A stretch of 64,000 nucleotides of DNA from positions 5,426,483 through 5,490,482 of the forward strand of contig SMSO01000032.1 of assembly GCA_004764695.1 (NCBI GenBank), read 5' to 3'. Origin of the DNA: Schizochytrium sp. TIO01 (Eukaryota > Protista > Bigyra: Labyrinthulomycetes). Shown here one piece after another: positions 12,801 to 25,300 of this stretch. A program made the translations under genes and the position numbers. The notes under the pieces are model-generated. The model was not told the DNA's origin and did no database searches. It saw only the letters and a program-made list of their open reading frames with translations. Each line of letters begins with the position of its first letter. Position 1 is the stretch's first letter.

Positions 12801-14319
12801 CTCCAATCCCTCGCAGCCTTTTGCCTTGAACCTTCGATCGACTATGGAGTCGCTTCCTGCACAGAGGTTCGCAAACCTGAATTCTTGCGTCACGCCCTGG
12901 CCCTGAAAGTTGAGCTCTTTCGTATGGAGAAGAGTTCTGCCTTTCCCTCAGACAATAAATCGCAGCCAGCAGCGGTGGCCTCTGATCAAAGGCAACAGCG
13001 CCAAGATGAGTCGCCGTGAGTGATCACGACTCGAAATGTTTGCTGATGATTGCTCTCGATTACTTTTGTTTGCTTGTGTAAATCGGGGGTGCGTGCCTCC
13101 TCCTCTTATGACATTGATCATCATTGATTCTCTTTCCATAATCACCTCTTTAAAAGGTGATTTCTACACTTTCTCCATTAAAGATATCTATTACGCGACC
13201 AAGTCAGAAATAATTCGAGAAAATATACGTTTAGTTGCGATGTTTGTTAAGAGTTGCACAATTATGACTGTTGTTTAAAATTTTAAAATACACTGTAATT
13301 GAAAGTGATGGGAATCTGTTTTATTAACTTTAGACATAAGAATGGTGTAATAAGGACTGAGTTTAGTTGTTTTGTTTTAGTACTTTGAAGATAGGATGAT
13401 ATAGCGTGAACGATAGAAGTTGATGAAAGAAAGTGAGAAAAGTGGCTGTATGAAGGTATGAATGGCCGCCAATCTCTCGAGCGTGCGTACTTACTTAGGT
13501 TTTAGAAGAAGGTCGACGTACGAGTTCTTCGAATCGATGTCTGCCAAAGAGTGAGTGCTAGATGGTAATCGGGATTGAATTAACAAAGATCTGGTCCGCC
13601 TCCAGAGCTTTGCGAGTCCACGGTTGTTCCTGCGTGAAGAGATTGATTGATAAGGTGAGTGTGTGCATCACGATGCAATTGTCCTTTTTAAAGAGATTTC
13701 TCTTTCATTTTATTTTCCTTTTACCAATTTGAAGAATTAGCAACCTTCAAAGTTGCCTGTCGATCTGTCTGTCTGTGTGTCTCTCAAGATTACCGCACCA
13801 CGTTTGATCATAAACCTTATTTTCTAAAATATGGCAACCCCCAACAGCCTGCAAAGCGACCAGCACTCTTCTCATTCGTCAGGAACTATGCCCTGGCGGA
13901 ATGAACAAAGCAAGGATCGATCAGAAACCCAATCTTCAGACCTGGAGTTCTAGATATTTATAAAGCATTCACCAAAAAACCTTACCTGCACCTTAGCTAC
14001 TTTATCTAGTGAATACTCATAATAGCCCTCAGCACGTGTTGCGATTTTCTACCTCATACAAATTCACTTTATATTTGACGGCGAACCCAACGGACCCTAT
14101 ATGACGGCGAACCCAAATGTTCTTTCCGTTCTGTTCTATTGGCGGCTTGCACTAGCATCTTACCGTACATATTGGTGTTATCGTGCTATATGAACTACTA
14201 CGTATTTGGGCTAGCGCTTGGATTATAGTAATCGATTGAGAGAAAGAGAGAAGGAAACAGAGACAGATCACGAGCACAGAGATCGCCTGAGCAGGCGTGG
14301 CACCTTGGAAGCTGCGAAG

Positions 14320-17021
14320 ATGTTCACTGATGAGGCGTTCCTGGCGCCAAATTTTCATGCCGATGCGTACGTTTAAACTTTTTGGACTGACTTGACCTTT
14401 GGTGAGTGTCGTTGCGCGTTAATTGGAGGGACCCAACGGGGTCGGCTCGCGAGGGCTCCTTACAGAGCTATCATCTGGCACTCTTATCAACATGACTGTT
14501 ACGTACTTCTGCAAATGTAGAGATTTCGTATTCAAAAGCATGCGTTAGAGCCACATGCATTAATGGAAATACGATCAAGACATGGAGATATTGCAACAGC
14601 AACAAAACCTTGCTAAAGTAGATTTCGTATCTGTTTCCAGGTGAGGATGACAGTGGTGGCATGTCACAGCGGCAATTGGATCTCAAGACGACTAACTTAA
14701 TTTTGTGCTTGCCATGTGATATTTAAATCCATGATGGATTGCTCAATGACGATAACAGCTTCGTGGCAGAGCATCGCAAAGACTTGACCTTGAAAAACCT
14801 TGAGAGTGAGCTGGAAGCCTATGTAGCAAATTTGGATAACACGCTGGTGAGTATTATCAATAATGACTACTCAGCTTTTTTGAAGCTATCAAGTATGCTT
14901 GTGGATATTGACTCCCTAGTGGCAGGTCTCCGCGAACCCCTGACCATGCTAGAACATAAAGTTCAAGATGCTCGCAAAGTGGTCAGCGACCCTCTCGAAA
15001 AGCAGCAAGCTCTGCTAGAACGTCTTATCTATGTGCGCGAGAAGCGCAAGCTAATCCAGCTCTGCCTCTCTGCATGGGAAACTTTAGAAAAAGTGGAAAC
15101 TCAGGTTGAACAATTGCGCACTGCTGAGGACGATACTGAGCGAGGCTCCTCCGTAGCAGCGGACCGCATGACTCGCGCAACAGACGCGGGCGACAGCGTT
15201 TCGTCACCAGACCGTTCCAGTGATGCAACTCCTACCCCTATTAAGGAGCTTCGTCGCAGCGAGTCAAATGGAGAAGCCTTGGGCCGGGCCACTCAACGCC
15301 TTGCACGTGTTACTTTTCTCGCTCAAGAAAACTCTGGTCTGCCATTGCTTCGTATGATCCGTGCAAAGGCCCGAAGTCTTGAGCACTCACTCATTGAACA
15401 GCTAGAATATGCCTTTGTACAGGCCGTGAGTAGTGGTTCGGGAGGTAGTGGAGCTGGAACGATTGGTCTCGAGGAATCATCATCATCCCCTTCATTTGAT
15501 GCAGCCCATGTCCGCCAAATCGCTGTGGTCTTCAGAGCCTATACTGCCATTAACCATACACAAGAAGCTATGGAGGTGTTTAAGCGTCGTGTTGTCGAGC
15601 CATCCCTGCGACGGGTTCTCACTCAGGGGCGTCTGGATGCTGGTGGAGCACGGGGAGCTGCATCTGGACTGCAAAGCGCTTATGGAGATGTGTTGCGCTT
15701 CTTGCAGACTACATGCCGCCCGATGCTCGCAGCAATTCATGATCCAAATGAGGGACTTGGTGAAATAGATCTCATTGGAACAAGCGTAGTGCAAGGTCTT
15801 GCAGAAGTTATCAAAGAACAAATGTCTCAAGTGTACTCGAGTGGTAACCCTGATGTTTTGCACGACACCTATTTGAAGACGGAAGCGTTTTTTGGTATTC
15901 TGCGGTCATTCGCACCCCACCCAGAGAAGGTTGACCGGACTGCTGATCATGTTCTTGGAATGTGGAACCTCTCGGTTTATGTGCAGCTCCGTTCCCAGGA
16001 AATGTCACGAAAGTTAGAAGAGTCACTTTCCGCAAGGGTGGGATCTGATGGCAAGCTTGCGGCCGCTCCGTCCGGACCAGGTTCCTACCGACTTCGCCCT
16101 TCTGCAGTTGTAGTGGAATGTTTTCAAGAGTGCTGGAGCGATAAGGTATTTCTTGCTGGGGTAGCTGCTCGAATTTTCAAGCTTGTCTTGCAACTTTCCT
16201 ATGATTACCTTGCCTGGAGTGAAGCCTCTATTAAATATGTTTCGTCTGAGAATGGAGTCACTTTGCCTAAGCTAGAACTTGAAGACGATGATTTGGAAGA
16301 ACTTGAAGAAGCAGCACAAGCCAAAACAGAATCAGTTTCCGGAGCATGGGCTGGCACTCAATGTGAACAGCTCATTCTCCTTAGCGCAGACAACGCAGAA
16401 ATTGCGGGTTTCCTCGAATCCCAAGTTAACCTCGTCAAAACAAAAGTTAGCGGGCGGGCTGTTGGAACCCCTCAGGGCAATGCAGTCGGAGAAGCCGTAC
16501 AAAAGGCTCTCCAAGAGACTCTTTGCGCCTCGCTAAAGCAAACGTCGCTGCGGGCTCGCTATGTGGTGGAACAGAACATTCTTTCAGCGTGCTCAGAGAC
16601 TGTATTGGCCGGCATGAAGGCAGTCACCCCAATGTACCGTATGACCAACAAACCACCCCCTTCACAACCTTGCGAGTATGCTTCCAAGGTGCTGGAGCCA
16701 CTGGAGCAATTTCTTGCTAGTGGCGTAGCACAGTTGCTCCCCGATGCTACAACCAGTGCAGCGAAGGTCCTTCAAAGTATCTTGGAAATCTTTGATGAGC
16801 AATCGTCGCGCGCGCTTGAGGAAATCACAACCTCAGAAAACGCTTTGCGAAGACTTAACAGAAATACTGGCAAGCGCCAACTTGACTCCACAAAGATCCG
16901 TTCACAGTTCTTTATGGATTTGGAACGTATTGTAAAATCTGCTGAGGATGCGGGCGTAGTCCTTGGCACTGTTCCTGGCTACCGTGAACTGTACGACAAG
17001 CTTGCCTCCACATCATCATAA
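14320..17021 (+). CDS. COG2: Conserved oligomeric Golgi complex subunit 2; exons 14320-14366 and 14759-17021
   Basis: Exon 1 (MFTDEAFLAPNFHAD) splices in frame (GC|GTACGT...GACTAAC...AACAG|C) to FVAEHRKDLTLKNLESELEAYV...IINNDYSAFLKLS, the COG2 N-terminal motif. WNLSVYVQLR and YRMTNKPPPSQPCEY are COG2 C-terminal motifs. Confidence 0.92.
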
Positions 17022-17456
17022 CCAATGCACCTACAAAACTATAGTATCTATAAACAATGTTCACCCTTTGTGCTTACCTGCAAGACTACTTGCTTTCCTT
17101 GCTCCTTTATTTTAAACGAAGCAAACTTATCAAGACAAACTCAAAATCACTCGCACTTCTTTAAATCATTCAAGTAAGTTTAACAGTATACAAGGCTAGG
17201 AATTACTAATATTCATTTTTCCTTCTTCTTCTTCTTCTTCTTCTTCTGTTTAGAAACAGTGTTATTGTTCCTGAAGATAAGTGTATCAGAAACGAGAAAA
17301 CATATGCTCCATGATGCCACAGTTAAGAAGGCTATTTCCGGGCTACGGAAATCCGCTTTCTACTTTGGTCAACCAACTTGTTATTATTCTCCATTTTTTG
17401 TGTTCAAGTCTTATTGGAAACACAACGTACACCTTCACTGGGAAGGTTTGACTTGC

Positions 17457-17897
17457 TTAGCGCTGCCCAGAGCGGTTTACGTGTGAATAGTCTCGTGGAG
17501 CAACGACGAGACCCTTTCCTTTAGTTGCGCCACGATAGACAGTCTCGATAATGTCAATAAGATCCTGTTTATCTGTGAGCGGCCAGTCGATCTTGTTGTT
17601 ATTACCCGTACCACAATCCACCATGATATGTTTGTTGCGGTAGAAAAACATCAAGTTGATGGGCTTCTCCGTCAGCTCATACATAACGTTGAAGTCTGGA
17701 ACTTGAGTAATGTCCACGACATAGACCACGGCGAAGTTACGAACAAGCTCCGCAACGCTGCGAAGGGCTTCATCAATCAACATACAATCTTCGTCGTAGT
17801 CGTGACCGAATCGAATGCAAACCACGCGTTCCTCCTCTGTTAAGATTGCCTGGTCTACCGCCCAGCCGGACTCTAGATGAGGCAAAAGGTACGCCAT
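17457..17897 (-). CDS. TXNL4A: DIM1 / thioredoxin-like U5 snRNP protein, 146 aa
   Basis: The sequence is near-canonical: MAYLLPHLESGWAVDQAILTEEERVVCIRFGHD...FFYRNKHIMVDCGTGNNNKIDW...YRGATKGKGLVVAPRDYS. Confidence 0.97.
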   Translation of the reverse strand: MAYLLPHLESGWAVDQAILTEEERVVCIRFGHDYDEDCMLIDEALRSVAELVRNFAVVYVVDITQVPDFNVMYELTEKPINLMFFYRNKHIMVDCGTGNNNKIDWPLTDKQDLIDIIETVYRGATKGKGLVVAPRDYSHVNRSGQR

Positions 17898-18370
17898 CTT
17901 AAGGTTCTTTTTATTTCTTCTGCCTCAGTGGAGCACTCCGAAAAGCTTAAGGTAGCAATAAAAATTTCGCAATTGAGCGTCTTTATACAAAGCTTGATGG
18001 CTTGTACTGCGCAGAGAGACGACCTAAAGCTGCTCTACAAACAAAGAGCCTCGCGAGTTATTGGTGTCACCTTTGGACATCTTCCCTTCCATGATATAGT
18101 TACACATAACTACGACGTTACATTTATAGTCGTTACATAATTTTTTCTTGGCGCTGCTTTAGAAAGGTTATAGTTGGCGTAGGAACTGACAGTCTTTTCT
18201 CAGTGGAGAAGATCTTGCTCCTTTTAAGACCTCTGCAGCATTTCTCTTACTGGTTTGAAGACTACATGCGTGTTACACAATTTGAGTCTATCATGCTGAT
18301 AATATCTCCACCTGAAGCTAAACGTAAAGATTATGACACTTCTAAATAGTTTGATTGATTAACTTTGATC

Positions 18371-21300
18371 TTACAGAGGATCTAACGATACAGAGTTCTT
18401 CGGGGACCTCTGCGAGAATGACGATCGAGATGTACCTGGAGACTTTGGAGATTTCAAATCCCGATTTGTCGGAGATCGTCGAGAATTGAGCGTTGTGTTC
18501 TTTCTTGATAGCTTACTTCTTGTCGAAGCTGGAAAGATAGGATCATCTGGCGAGGCAAATGGTTGTTGAGGATGTGATTCGACCTTCTTCTCAAACAAAT
18601 ATGAAGTTCGGTACACATTGAACAATGGAAGAGCAGGCGAGGACTGAGAAACAGATAAACGGAGCAGCGGCTTTTTGTTTTTTTTAAGGTTTGCAGGCTC
18701 ACTTGCGGACTGACCAAGGGTGCGCTTCGGATCGTCAGGATCCTCTTCTTCTTCTTCTTCCTCTTCATTGTTATTGTTGCTGTTGGCATTCTTAGAATCA
18801 TCCCCTTTACTGGCAACTTTGTTGGGCCCTGCATTTTGAGTTGATTCTCCTGACGCCTTTTGTTCTTCTTGGCCCTCCTCTGGTATTGAGTCTGAAGAGA
18901 TGGCCCTAGTAATTTCTGGGTCATTACTTGAGCTTCTATTGGGAGGGAGATCATTGTCGTCAAGAACACTGGCATGGAAAATGCGTCCAAAGCAAAAGAG
19001 AATGTCTCTATTGTCCCGCACAGCTTGTGTGAATTCTGAAAAGGTAATCACACCGTCGTTGTTGATATCTAACGAGCGCAGGAGCTCCACCGCTTTCCAG
19101 CCCGCGTCTTGCACACTGAGGTGGGATGCATATAAAAACTCAAAAAACTCTTGATAATCAACGGCTTCGCTTCCATCAGAATCAAACAGTTCAAAATAGA
19201 ACTCTCCCTTCGCTTGCTGGTAGGCCTCTGACTCGGTATCAAGGTTACTTGCTCGCTCAAGGGAGAGCACCATTCCGATGAGCATCTTGCGTAGATCCAC
19301 AATTTCTTCTCCTGGGATAACGAGAGTATTCTCGCTTCCCTGTGCTGGGCAGGTAGCAATCGCGACTCTGAACATATTGAGGAGAATAGTATATACGAGC
19401 TCATCAGATGAACCGTCTGAGTTGATAGATTGCTCTGTGAAAGAGCGATATGCAGTGTCGAAATTTGTGTCTTGTCGCATTGTCATTCTGGCTTTAGGAG
19501 AAAATGCTGATCCCTCCCAAATAGGTTCAATAAAGTTTACAAATTGTTCCCAAGTGGCCTGATAAGCACCACCGCGACTTTTCCCTAAACGGAGCCAGGC
19601 TGATAAAATGTTTTGCAAGTTCAACTGAGGAACAGCTCGTCGAAGCTTTAATGTCCATACAGCTAGATCTTCTGAGGGTTTGAGGCATTCATCAAAACTG
19701 TTGAGTACCATCGGAATCTCCGCAACTGCACGATAAAACTCATCACGCTCAACCGTACCATTCTTATCATAGTCCATCATGGTTATGATTAGCTCAACTA
19801 AATGCGCACACTCCATAAGCTCATTATTGGTATCTTGAACAAGCTTTACGAGATCAACCAATCTCATGCTTGGCTCAGCATCTGGTTGAGAGGAACGAAG
19901 TGCGGCTGCTGCAGCTGCAGCAGCCTCTGCCTTCTCAGGATCAAGATTTGGTTGACCTTGCGCCGAAGAACCATCGCTATCAGACGAGACAGTTGTTGCT
20001 CGACTTGCTTTAACCTTCATGCTACTCTGATGAGCTGCATGTTGTGACATGGCGTTTGCAACATCAAAGAGGAAGCGTGCTTTATCTTCAAGCGAACCCG
20101 AAGTGAGACGACTCACACCAATAATAAACTCATCAAACGAAAGAAATCCATCATGATCGCGGTCAAAAATGCAAAACATTCGCGTGAGAACAGCTGGGCT
20201 CGTGATGCTTGAAAACTGAGTATGCATGACAGAGGAGAATTGGTCTTTAGTAAGACCTTTTTTAGATGTCTTATGTTTGTTCCAGCTACCCCGTAGCACA
20301 CGGAGGTCATTTGGATTAAATTTCGAAATCGCTACTGTGGCTTCTTCGTCTTCAGTGGTAAAATCATCATCTCCATCCCCAGCCAGGCTTGTTTTTGTAA
20401 CAGCAGACTGACTTCTCTGTCGTGAAGCAACATCTCCATCGAGGGATGCTGTGGAACCTTCAGCTTTGCCAGAGCTAGAGCTAGACGTCTCATTTGGCGG
20501 AGCACCATTCTGAGCAATCGCAGATAGTTTCCCAACAGGACGACGACCGTCGCCTCCAATAACAGTCTTTTGATGCTTTTGCTCAACAACACTGCCCTTA
20601 TTACGACCTCCTGCTGCGGTTCGAGTGGCATTTCCTCGTGTAGCTGCACGAGAACCCGCGCCTGGTGCATTCATTGCACTTACAAGTTTCTTGGCCTCTC
20701 GTTTCATCACGCTTCCAGCGGTTTTAATATCGGCGCTGCTTCGTAAAAGACTGATCTGCATTGATCGATGAGCATCAGAAGCGAGGATGATGTTTGTGAT
20801 ATCGCTGATATCTTCGCATGCGGCGAGCCAGTCTCCAAGAAGCTGTGCGCTTACCGTTTGGCATTTGCGCCAAGCACCTTCACCACAAATCCGAGCAGCA
20901 AGGCTCATAACTGTAGGCGGTGAGGCGCGCTTTGCGAGAATGCCTAGGCGAAAGAGTGCTCGTTGTAGCGTAAAGAGGAACTGGGCAATTCTCTCCTCAG
21001 TCATAGAAGGTCCAAAGAGAGGAAAGCAGATTTCAAGACGCTCTGACATGGTCGTGCCCTGTGCTAACAAGACCAAAAGGCAAAATACTTCGCGAGCGTC
21101 AGCTATTCCTGATTCTTCTTGTTCAAAATGCACAAACATTTCGAGAGGCAGAGTCAAAAACTCGCCATTAGCAACAAATGCAAAGTCATAATCTGTGAAG
21201 ATCTCCCAGAACTGACGTCTACTAATGAGAAACGACCCAGTTTCTTCATACGTTGTTGCAAAACGGGAGCGCGCCCTTTTGATATCCTTCAGTTGCCATC

Positions 21301-21472
21301 GCGATGCATGGCGGGAAAATTCACGCCACGCTCGTGGTGGCTTTGTCTTTTTCCCGCTGTGTACATCCTGGTCTGTCGTATTGGATTGAGCTTGGCGAGA
21401 CGTACCATGCGAAGAGCTGCCAATACTAGTGCCGGCAGCCAGGGCTGCTTCTGCAGAGTACGTAGTGCCCAT
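18371..21472 (-). CDS. Multi-EF-hand calcium-binding protein with repeated calcineurin-B/NCS-like modules, 1033 aa
   Basis: It has an MGxxxS myristoylation motif. The EF loops are DRDHDGFLSFDE, DYDKNGTVERDE, DSDGSEAVDYQE and DINNDGVITFSE. It also has an NCS-like GSLEDKARFLF linker. Confidence 0.85.
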   Translation of the reverse strand: MGTTYSAEAALAAGTSIGSSSHGTSRQAQSNTTDQDVHSGKKTKPPRAWREFSRHASRWQLKDIKRARSRFATTYEETGSFLISRRQFWEIFTDYDFAFVANGEFLTLPLEMFVHFEQEESGIADAREVFCLLVLLAQGTTMSERLEICFPLFGPSMTEERIAQFLFTLQRALFRLGILAKRASPPTVMSLAARICGEGAWRKCQTVSAQLLGDWLAACEDISDITNIILASDAHRSMQISLLRSSADIKTAGSVMKREAKKLVSAMNAPGAGSRAATRGNATRTAAGGRNKGSVVEQKHQKTVIGGDGRRPVGKLSAIAQNGAPPNETSSSSSGKAEGSTASLDGDVASRQRSQSAVTKTSLAGDGDDDFTTEDEEATVAISKFNPNDLRVLRGSWNKHKTSKKGLTKDQFSSVMHTQFSSITSPAVLTRMFCIFDRDHDGFLSFDEFIIGVSRLTSGSLEDKARFLFDVANAMSQHAAHQSSMKVKASRATTVSSDSDGSSAQGQPNLDPEKAEAAAAAAAALRSSQPDAEPSMRLVDLVKLVQDTNNELMECAHLVELIITMMDYDKNGTVERDEFYRAVAEIPMVLNSFDECLKPSEDLAVWTLKLRRAVPQLNLQNILSAWLRLGKSRGGAYQATWEQFVNFIEPIWEGSAFSPKARMTMRQDTNFDTAYRSFTEQSINSDGSSDELVYTILLNMFRVAIATCPAQGSENTLVIPGEEIVDLRKMLIGMVLSLERASNLDTESEAYQQAKGEFYFELFDSDGSEAVDYQEFFEFLYASHLSVQDAGWKAVELLRSLDINNDGVITFSEFTQAVRDNRDILFCFGRIFHASVLDDNDLPPNRSSSNDPEITRAISSDSIPEEGQEEQKASGESTQNAGPNKVASKGDDSKNANSNNNNEEEEEEEEDPDDPKRTLGQSASEPANLKKNKKPLLRLSVSQSSPALPLFNVYRTSYLFEKKVESHPQQPFASPDDPIFPASTRSKLSRKNTTLNSRRSPTNRDLKSPKSPGTSRSSFSQRSPKNSVSLDPL

Positions 21473-22301
21473 CGTTCGGCGTCTTTACAAGGTTTGTTTC
21501 AAGCAGCGTCAACGAAATACTGCAACTTATCGCTGACCGCCACTTGAATCAGCGATACCTTCTTAACGAAGCAAATGATGCCGACGATTTTTTCAGAATT
21601 CGCCTGATTGCCCGTAACTTTTAGTTGATGCAACGTATTCTGTTCCTGGTGTAGTGTGGCTGTATCAGGCAACACGGCGCTGCAATGCAGCAAGAGCGCG
21701 GACGAAAGCGAGAGCTCGCCCGGTAACTCGCTGATAGAGCTTTTATGGTTCGCGACGCTCTCTGAAGAGCAGTATTGATTCCCACCCTGAGGTAAACAAG
21801 GTTCCTGTTCTCTTCTTTGCATCAGCATTGGTAATTTTAACTATTCTGTCAAACTTAAATGTGCATCAGAACGGACAGGAGTCCCCGTACACACCCTTTT
21901 TAGTACACACCCACATGTTATTATGAAGTGGACATGTCTGATACTTTTCGTTCTTATATGCTGAATGGCGGCCCATGTTCTGGCAAGACTACCTATTAAA
22001 AACGTAGTACTTATGTTTTAACTGGGTTTATAGTTGCTTTGACTGTATTCATGAACATATAAATATGCGGGGGTTGGGGGTTATGTCATATAACTTTATT
22101 TAGATTGAATTAGTTTGCAATTCACTCGGGCAAATGTAGGCTAGCCAATCAATGTTTAGCATGTGATACAATCAAGGCGTTCATCAAAGGTGTAGGAGAA
22201 GAGATTATGGCGGCAGGTCATAATGAATAAAGTTAAAAGCTTAACAATTCAAATTCTGAAAGATATAATTTGTAACTTTTTACAATTAAATTATATGACC
22301 A

Positions 22302-25300
22302 TTATATGTCCTCAATTTCATCATCACCAAGTTCTTGTGCGATCGAATGTGGTCCTGTCGCAGAAGTCATCGAGCTTGCAAGGGGTTGGTTATTAACCGC
22401 TGACTGAGAACAAATTTTCATCAAAGTTTGAAATGAAGCAAGCTCACTATGCACAGCAGTCGAGAGCTCCAGAACCGGTGGTGAACGAAATAGAGAGGAC
22501 CAATTCTCTAATTGCTCTTGGCGGCGAGATTGTACATCAAATACTGTAGGGCGAGTCACTTTTCCATCTGCAAAGCTTAGTGTTGCACGAGCCGTACGTG
22601 TTGCAGCAACCACGCGACTCGCTATAGAAGTCACGTAAGCACCAGGAAAAACTCGACCTGAGGCCTCGTATGTCCATACTCCAGCATCCTGGCGCTCGCC
22701 AGCTCCTGCAAAGACATCTGCAACAGAAAGTTGATCAAGGGCTTGCGCGATTTCATCAATACTCGTATAGTGTTGGGGAGCATTGAATTGAACGAAGGCG
22801 CACAGAGCATCGCCGTCAAGTGGGCACGCCCGGGCAACTTGTTCTGGGTCGAATGATAAAAGAGAGCGGTCAGCACTTTGAAGAGGCTTGAGATGGCGAC
22901 CTTTTGCTTTTGATTTTTCCTCATCATAAATTTCACCCAGGGTTTTGGCTCTCAATAGTTTACCAACAGCATGATTAATTGAGTATACCGTGTCGCGGGC
23001 ATCCTCTTGTTCTTCTCCGTCATCGGATCCAATCTGATGTACGGAATTTGTTTGTTCAGTTCCATATTTTTTCAGTTGTTTTTCTAATGCGTGCACGCTG
23101 AATGAAGTCACAGGGGATTTTCGTCTTCGCTTTCCTAGCCCCTTTTCAGAGTCTGCCGGTTCACCACCGATGGAATAAAACTGAAGAAGCTGAATTGCAC
23201 TACGGAGGTCACCATTTGCACGAAGCACAATGTCCAGTAGTACACTCTCTGGAACAGCAATATTCTCTGAATTCCGGACTTTGGTTAGTACACGGGTGAG
23301 TCGGCCTGGCGGTACTCGGCCGAGACCTAAGCTCAAAGTAGAATGAGCGCTCATGACATCTTCAGAGTAAAGACGCCGTAAGGTGTTTGGATTAGCAGTC
23401 TCCCCGTGACTTGTATATATGATAATCATTGGATGGTGAGACCTGGACTGTGCTTGAAGAGCACGCTGAAAAGCTTCCTTTTTCTCTGGAGACTTCATGT
23501 ATGGGAGCTCTTCAACTACCAAAATTGATCTACGCAAAGGCTTTGCTGATACCTTGGTAGAACCAAGCTGCAAACTCGGGAATCTTGTTGTCCGTAAAAA
23601 ACCAACAAAATCATCGAGCTGTGAGACGTATGGAATATAAAAGTCACTGTGCCGTTCACGAGCATCAAGACCAAGACCATCCTCGGATGTTACAAGGCTC
23701 GTAGCTCTGTCAGTTTCGCTCTTCCATTCACGCAACTCAATACCGAGTTCTTTTGCAAGCACCTCCACGCAGAGGGTCTTTCCTGCTCCGCTAGGTCCAT
23801 GTAATACTAAGCAAGTTTGATACGGGTTAGTATTGATTGCACTAACTTCTCTCATCCATTCACGAATTTCCTCAACACGTTTTTTAGGAAGTGCCTCAAC
23901 GAGGTCAGCAAAACATTCTGGGCGATGCTTTTCACACCATAAATTGGGCAGATTTACTTCTGCATAGTCTTCAACACAACTCCGGTCTTGCTGAACGGGG
24001 TTTATAGATGTGACATTCATCTTTTGTGTTTGGCTGTGTTTGCGTTGTAACCTAGGCGTCTCAGTCTTGGATGACATGCCGCTGATTTTCATTAGGTGGC
24101 TAGGTGCATCAATGTCATCACCAGAGCTAGAAACATCAACATAACTAGTAGATCGAGTGCGGGCTTTTGATGCAGCAACCCTGACCGGACTGATTTGCGG
24201 AATGTCGTTAGAAGAAGTTGACTTTTTAGATTCAGACAGAGCCATTAGTTGTTTTTTAGTATCGTTTGATTTTTTTTCTGATCTTTGCACTGAATACTCA
24301 TCATCACGACTACGTTTGGAATTCTTGTCGTACTGACTGGTGGTTTTGTCTTCACTGTTTTGGTGACGGCAATTCCGTTGGGGAATGTTTTCATAAAAAT
24401 CGTCGTCTTCGCTTTCATCACTGCCTGATATACTAAAGCGAGATACCGCTTGAGCTCGTTTTATATTACAAACCGGTTTTAACGAGTGATCACCTTTTAG
24501 CAGTGTCCCTGCAGATTTACTACCTTGGTTTAACAACTGATCCACGCTCATCCCTTTGCGTCTTCTGGGGTAAGCATCATCCTCCAGATCCTCATTGTTA
24601 TCGTCTGATATATGTGCCCGGGGATTCGCACAGGAGAAACACTTTTCATGACTACGAGCATTCACAGCAGTGCAATGTTCACATGCCCACTTGCCATTCT
24701 TTAAATCTTTTCCTCGCTCGCGCTTACAAAGAAGGCATGCCAGCGCCATTGGCGGGTTTTTCAGAGTACATTTCTCACATTTCCAACTGCAGCTATTTTG
24801 GGTTGGTCCTGAGGATTCACTCAATTCATCTTCAGCATTCTCTGGGGTCATTTTTGCAGGTTCTCGTCTACGCGACCTAAAGAAATCAAGGTGTGTTTTG
24901 CTTGAAGAGGAGCCTCTGGCGGATGAATCCTGACTTGAGGATAAAATCTCAACTTCAGGTGAAACGCTACGAGCTGGAGAGGGTGGTGGATCCTTTGAAT
25001 GATCCTCATCGTCACTATCTTTCATATTATAGACAATGAGTTCGTTATCACTCTCACTCTCACTCTTGTATCTAGCATTTTCTCCATGACTCCTGATATT
25101 TTCATCATCGTCATCGTCGTCATCGTCAAGAACAATGACTGGTGTCGATGTTGGTAATTTAGTTTTAGATGCATGTTTGTTCAAGGATTCTGAGAAACCT
25201 GACTCAGCAAAGAAAGTCGAAGAGGATATCGATGATGACGACGACAGGGCAGATGGCTTTGGCTCTTTTGCTGCCCCCTTTATTTCTGTAGCAGATACTT

